In this document: in pieces, positions 60,843-64,000 of the stretch
How positions within the stretch are numbered: the stretch's first letter is position 1
How the letters are laid out: each line of letters opens with the position of its first letter
Assembly: GCA_946402275.1 (NCBI GenBank)
Contig: CAMIVY010000002.1
Span: forward strand, 144,724-208,723
Direction: 5' to 3'
Source of the DNA: an uncultured Prevotella sp.
GTDB taxonomy: Bacteria; Bacteroidota; Bacteroidia; Bacteroidales; Bacteroidaceae
Length of the DNA stretch: 64,000 nt
The notes under the pieces: model-generated
What the model was told of the DNA's origin: nothing
Database searches by the model: none
What the model saw: the letters and a program-made list of their open reading frames with translations, nothing else
Made by a program: the position numbers and the translations under genes

Positions 60843-62792
60843 TTATTCGAATACCAGATAACTGCTGTCGACAGTGAAGCGGAAATAGAAGTTATCAGGA
60901 TCAATGGTATTGATGCCGATATAATCCTGAGTATAGTCAACACCATTGTTGCCATGCATCACAACCTTGATGTCAGCAGTGCCATCGCCGTTATTGACAA
61001 TCTTTGCAGATACCTTGGCACCATTCATGGCAGGACGCCATGCTTCCCAGTCTCTTCCATCCTCCATCGTCGGAGTGCAAGCAGCATAACCATCACCCCA
61101 ACCGAAGTTGTCAGCACGAACCACAGCATACTCAGAATTGTCTGCCTTACAGAGAACTATACAGAAGTTATTCCAGTTATTGGCACATGAAGAGTAGTTC
61201 ATGAAGTTGACGGTACATACTTGATGTCCGATAACCTGGATATTAGGAGAGTGTGCTCCCCAGAATGGTGTTGAGCAATCAGAAGCACCCACTTCCTTAT
61301 CGAATACGAGATGGCTGCCGTCAACGGTATAGCGGAAGTAGAAGTCGTCTGGATTAACGGTGTTGATTCCTTTATACTCCTGAGTGTATGTAACACCATT
61401 GTTGCCAACCATCACAGCCTTCACGTCAGCTGTTCCGTCACCATTGTTAGTGACATAGGTGGTCACTTTGGCACCGTCCATGGCAGGACGCCATGCTTCC
61501 CAGTCTCTTCCTTCCTCCATCGTCGGAGTGCAAGCAGCATAGCCGTTACCCCAACCGAAGTTGTCAGCACGAACCACTGCATACTCAGAATTGTCAGCCT
61601 TACAGAGAACGACACAGAAGTTGTTCCAGTTATTGGCACATGAAGAGTAATTCGTGAAGGTGGCTACCTTCGTCTCCTTCGGAGCAATCTTGATATTCTC
61701 AGTATGAGCACCCCAGAAAGGCGTAGAGTTGTCTTCTGCACCCAAGAGAAGTGGAGTGGGAACGACCACGGTCTGTGTAAATGCAGAGAGTTCCTTCACA
61801 ACGCTGAACGTCTTACTTGCCATAATTGCCTTGTCGGCATTTAAGCCTTTGAAGGTCTTGTTATAGAGTACAATAAGTGTCTTTTGTCCAAGGTCTTCCA
61901 TATTAGGAATAGCCTCGAATTGGAGATCTTTAGCTGTTACAGTTGCCGTAACACCTTCCTCGAAGGTCACTAATGCCGTAACATTGGCCATTGCCTCTTC
62001 AAGGGTCTGACCAACCAGAACCTCGCTGGGAACGCCATTCAACTCCATAGAAAGAGGTTGCTTGTCATTAGCAGAAGTGCGTCCACCGATAGGATCGATA
62101 TTGGTTGAAATGAAGCTAACCAAAGAACCCTCAATACCAATTCGGCAAGCTAAGGGCATATCAGCCCCTGTTGAGGGGAACGAAGTAGTCTGAGTATAAG
62201 TCTTTGTCAAAACTCCATTTGTCATCTTGATAAAGAGACCACCATCAGTACGATCAACTGTCAGTGTAATTGTACCGTTCATTTTCTGTGAATTAGCATC
62301 AACATCATCATCTCCTGAAGAGCTGACAAAGTTACCGCTGACAAGACTACGGTCAATTTCTGTACCTGTTGTATTCCACTCTGAGTTCTTACCTGGATCA
62401 TTGTCATAACGAATCACACCATATTCATCTCCAAGTTCTCCCGTTTCTGCATTAGTGCATGCATTTAGAACAACATAGAAATTTTTAAAATACTTATTAT
62501 CAGGATTGACAGTCAGTTTAAATTGGGCCTGCCACTTTGCACCAGCTGGTACGACATAAGTCTTACCTAATGTCCAGAAACCAGAGGACAAATCTTCCTT
62601 TCCGATGTTATACACATCTTCCATCTGGCCAACGAGCTCTTCCTGCTCCTCCTCTTCTTCTTCGCCGCCCATTTCTGAGAGCCAGTCAGGAGCATTTATT
62701 TTGTAAAGATCAGCACCTTCACAACTTGCCAACGTCATGATGCCAAGTGTTGCGACAAAAAGAGCTGAAACAAATTTATTGAGATATTTCAT
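60843..62792 (-). CDS. Surface glycan-binding lipoprotein (SGBP-B-like) with two tandem 151-aa modules
   Basis: Lipobox LASC, follows susD, Trp-rich repeats NNWNNF..YAVVRADNFGWG. Confidence 0.75.
   Translation of the reverse strand: MKYLNKFVSALFVATLGIMTLASCEGADLYKINAPDWLSEMGGEEEEEEQEELVGQMEDVYNIGKEDLSSGFWTLGKTYVVPAGAKWQAQFKLTVNPDNKYFKNFYVVLNACTNAETGELGDEYGVIRYDNDPGKNSEWNTTGTEIDRSLVSGNFVSSSGDDDVDANSQKMNGTITLTVDRTDGGLFIKMTNGVLTKTYTQTTSFPSTGADMPLACRIGIEGSLVSFISTNIDPIGGRTSANDKQPLSMELNGVPSEVLVGQTLEEAMANVTALVTFEEGVTATVTAKDLQFEAIPNMEDLGQKTLIVLYNKTFKGLNADKAIMASKTFSVVKELSAFTQTVVVPTPLLLGAEDNSTPFWGAHTENIKIAPKETKVATFTNYSSCANNWNNFCVVLCKADNSEYAVVRADNFGWGNGYAACTPTMEEGRDWEAWRPAMDGAKVTTYVTNNGDGTADVKAVMVGNNGVTYTQEYKGINTVNPDDFYFRYTVDGSHLVFDKEVGASDCSTPFWGAHSPNIQVIGHQVCTVNFMNYSSCANNWNNFCIVLCKADNSEYAVVRADNFGWGDGYAACTPTMEDGRDWEAWRPAMNGAKVSAKIVNNGDGTADIKVVMHGNNGVDYTQDYIGINTIDPDNFYFRFTVDSSYLVFE
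60846..61745. repeat. Intragenic direct repeat, 453-bp period
   Basis: tgcttcccagtctcttcc occurs at 61041 and 61494; the core of about 170 bp is nearly identical. Confidence 0.9.
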
Positions 62793-62819
62793 AATCTTTA
62801 TCTATTAAAGGTTTTATTG

Positions 62820-64000
62820 TTATTTGCTCAAATCAACTACAGGATGAACAGTCCAACCATTCTTGGTAAAGTACACAGAGTTGTCTAAATCTTTATTTGC
62901 AGAGTTACCCACGAGGCTAGAGTTCTTATTCAGATCGCCCTGATAAATGGGGAAATACTCATGACCCTTCTGGTATTTGTCGAAAGTACTCTCAACGCCA
63001 GAAGTACCATAAATAATCTTTTCCTTCACATCAGCAGCGAGCTTATAAGCACCATGCTCCTTCAACTGCTGCAAACGGTTGGTATCATGGAAGAAGCCCC
63101 AACGGATAAGGTCGTAGCAGCGACCTGCCTCACAACCGAACTCCTTGGGACGCTCGACATTGGCAATCTGCTCGAACAATTTGTCGGCAGAATTGAAATC
63201 AGAGAGTTTCAAATCATTCAGGTTAGCACGACGACGTACCAGATTAATCCAGTCAATAGCCTGCTGGGTAGGACCATTTACCTCGTTTTCGCACTCAGCA
63301 GCACGCAGCAATACGTCAGCATAGCGCATGATACGAAGATTAATACCACACTTCAGACCCGTAACCACTGAAGAATAAAGACCTGTACGGAAATTGGTGT
63401 ATTTGGCAACGGGCAGACCACCATTAACTGTGTTAACAACAACAGGGGCATCATCAGACATCTTTGCTGTGTAGCACATATTTCCCAGACCGTCTGAATA
63501 GTTTTCCCAGTCAGTTTCATAAGTACCAATGGTCCAATACAGACGGGGATCGAGTTTTCCGTCCAGGGTTTTCTCACCATCCTTGAAGAGGTGATAGAGC
63601 CAGGGAGCTGCTGCCAAGTCCTGCCAGCTACCTGTACTTGCAGGTGCGAAATTGGCCTCTAAGGCATGTCCCTGAGAAGCATTCTTACTAATGTTCACAG
63701 GTGTCCACTCATCATCTGAGCCCTGAGTGCCATAGTCGAGGAACTGTACCTCGTAAAGGCTCTCGGCATTGTTCTCGTAGGCACTGCCCTCGCGGAAATT
63801 GTCACCATAGTTCTTCATCAACTCATAGTGACCATAGGTGCCTCCGATAATCTCCTTTAGCACGGCGAGAGCCTGGCTGTACTTGTGGCGCTGCATCAGA
63901 GCACGGGCATAGTAACCGGCAGCAGCACCGCTGGTGGCACGACCTTTGGCCCACTCACCACCTGCATCGCGGGTAGGCAGCAGAGTCATGGCCTCAGAGA
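62820..64000 (-). CDS. susD: SusD/RagB lipoprotein of the arabinan PUL (5' part outside window)
   Basis: GRAT.GAA, ESLYEVQF, DPRL..T, MRYADVLL..AE, IN.VRRRA, ER..EF..E..R.YDLIRWG, FPI. Confidence 0.9.
   Translation of the reverse strand, partial: SEAMTLLPTRDAGGEWAKGRATSGAAAGYYARALMQRHKYSQALAVLKEIIGGTYGHYELMKNYGDNFREGSAYENNAESLYEVQFLDYGTQGSDDEWTPVNISKNASQGHALEANFAPASTGSWQDLAAAPWLYHLFKDGEKTLDGKLDPRLYWTIGTYETDWENYSDGLGNMCYTAKMSDDAPVVVNTVNGGLPVAKYTNFRTGLYSSVVTGLKCGINLRIMRYADVLLRAAECENEVNGPTQQAIDWINLVRRRANLNDLKLSDFNSADKLFEQIANVERPKEFGCEAGRCYDLIRWGFFHDTNRLQQLKEHGAYKLAADVKEKIIYGTSGVESTFDKYQKGHEYFPIYQGDLNKNSSLVGNSANKDLDNSVYFTKNGWTVHPVVDLSK

Overview
Bacteroidota DNA, most likely a Prevotellaceae gut/rumen organism (inference from SusC/SusD pairs, TAnnTTTG promoters, T9SS C-terminal domain and tmRNA tag GETKYALAA). 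Left to right: (1) the 5' part of an outer-membrane porin-like gene, then a TonB-dependent transporter / small lipoprotein / beta-barrel / DUF4876-like lipoprotein / M16 zinc peptidase operon; both promoters carry the same 19-bp motif at identical spacing. (2) A complete LacI-controlled starch/maltodextrin PUL (pullulanase, GH97, GH77, MFS, LacI, SusCDEF, T9SS amylase). (3) LMW-PTP, DsbD and tmRNA with a duplicated 3' end. (4) A Wzx/Wzy surface polysaccharide locus that includes an 11-bp phased repeat array with an orphan gene and a 1044-aa triple fusion of WecA-type transferase + PglC/WbaP-type transferase + Wzi-like beta-barrel with an internal signal peptide. (5) The 3' part of an arabinan PUL (SusD, SGBP, three GH43, two GH51). 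Across the window, small palindromic and 7-/9-bp tandem repeats sit in frame in protein loops and signal peptides. All family assignments are from motif recognition by eye; no searches were run.
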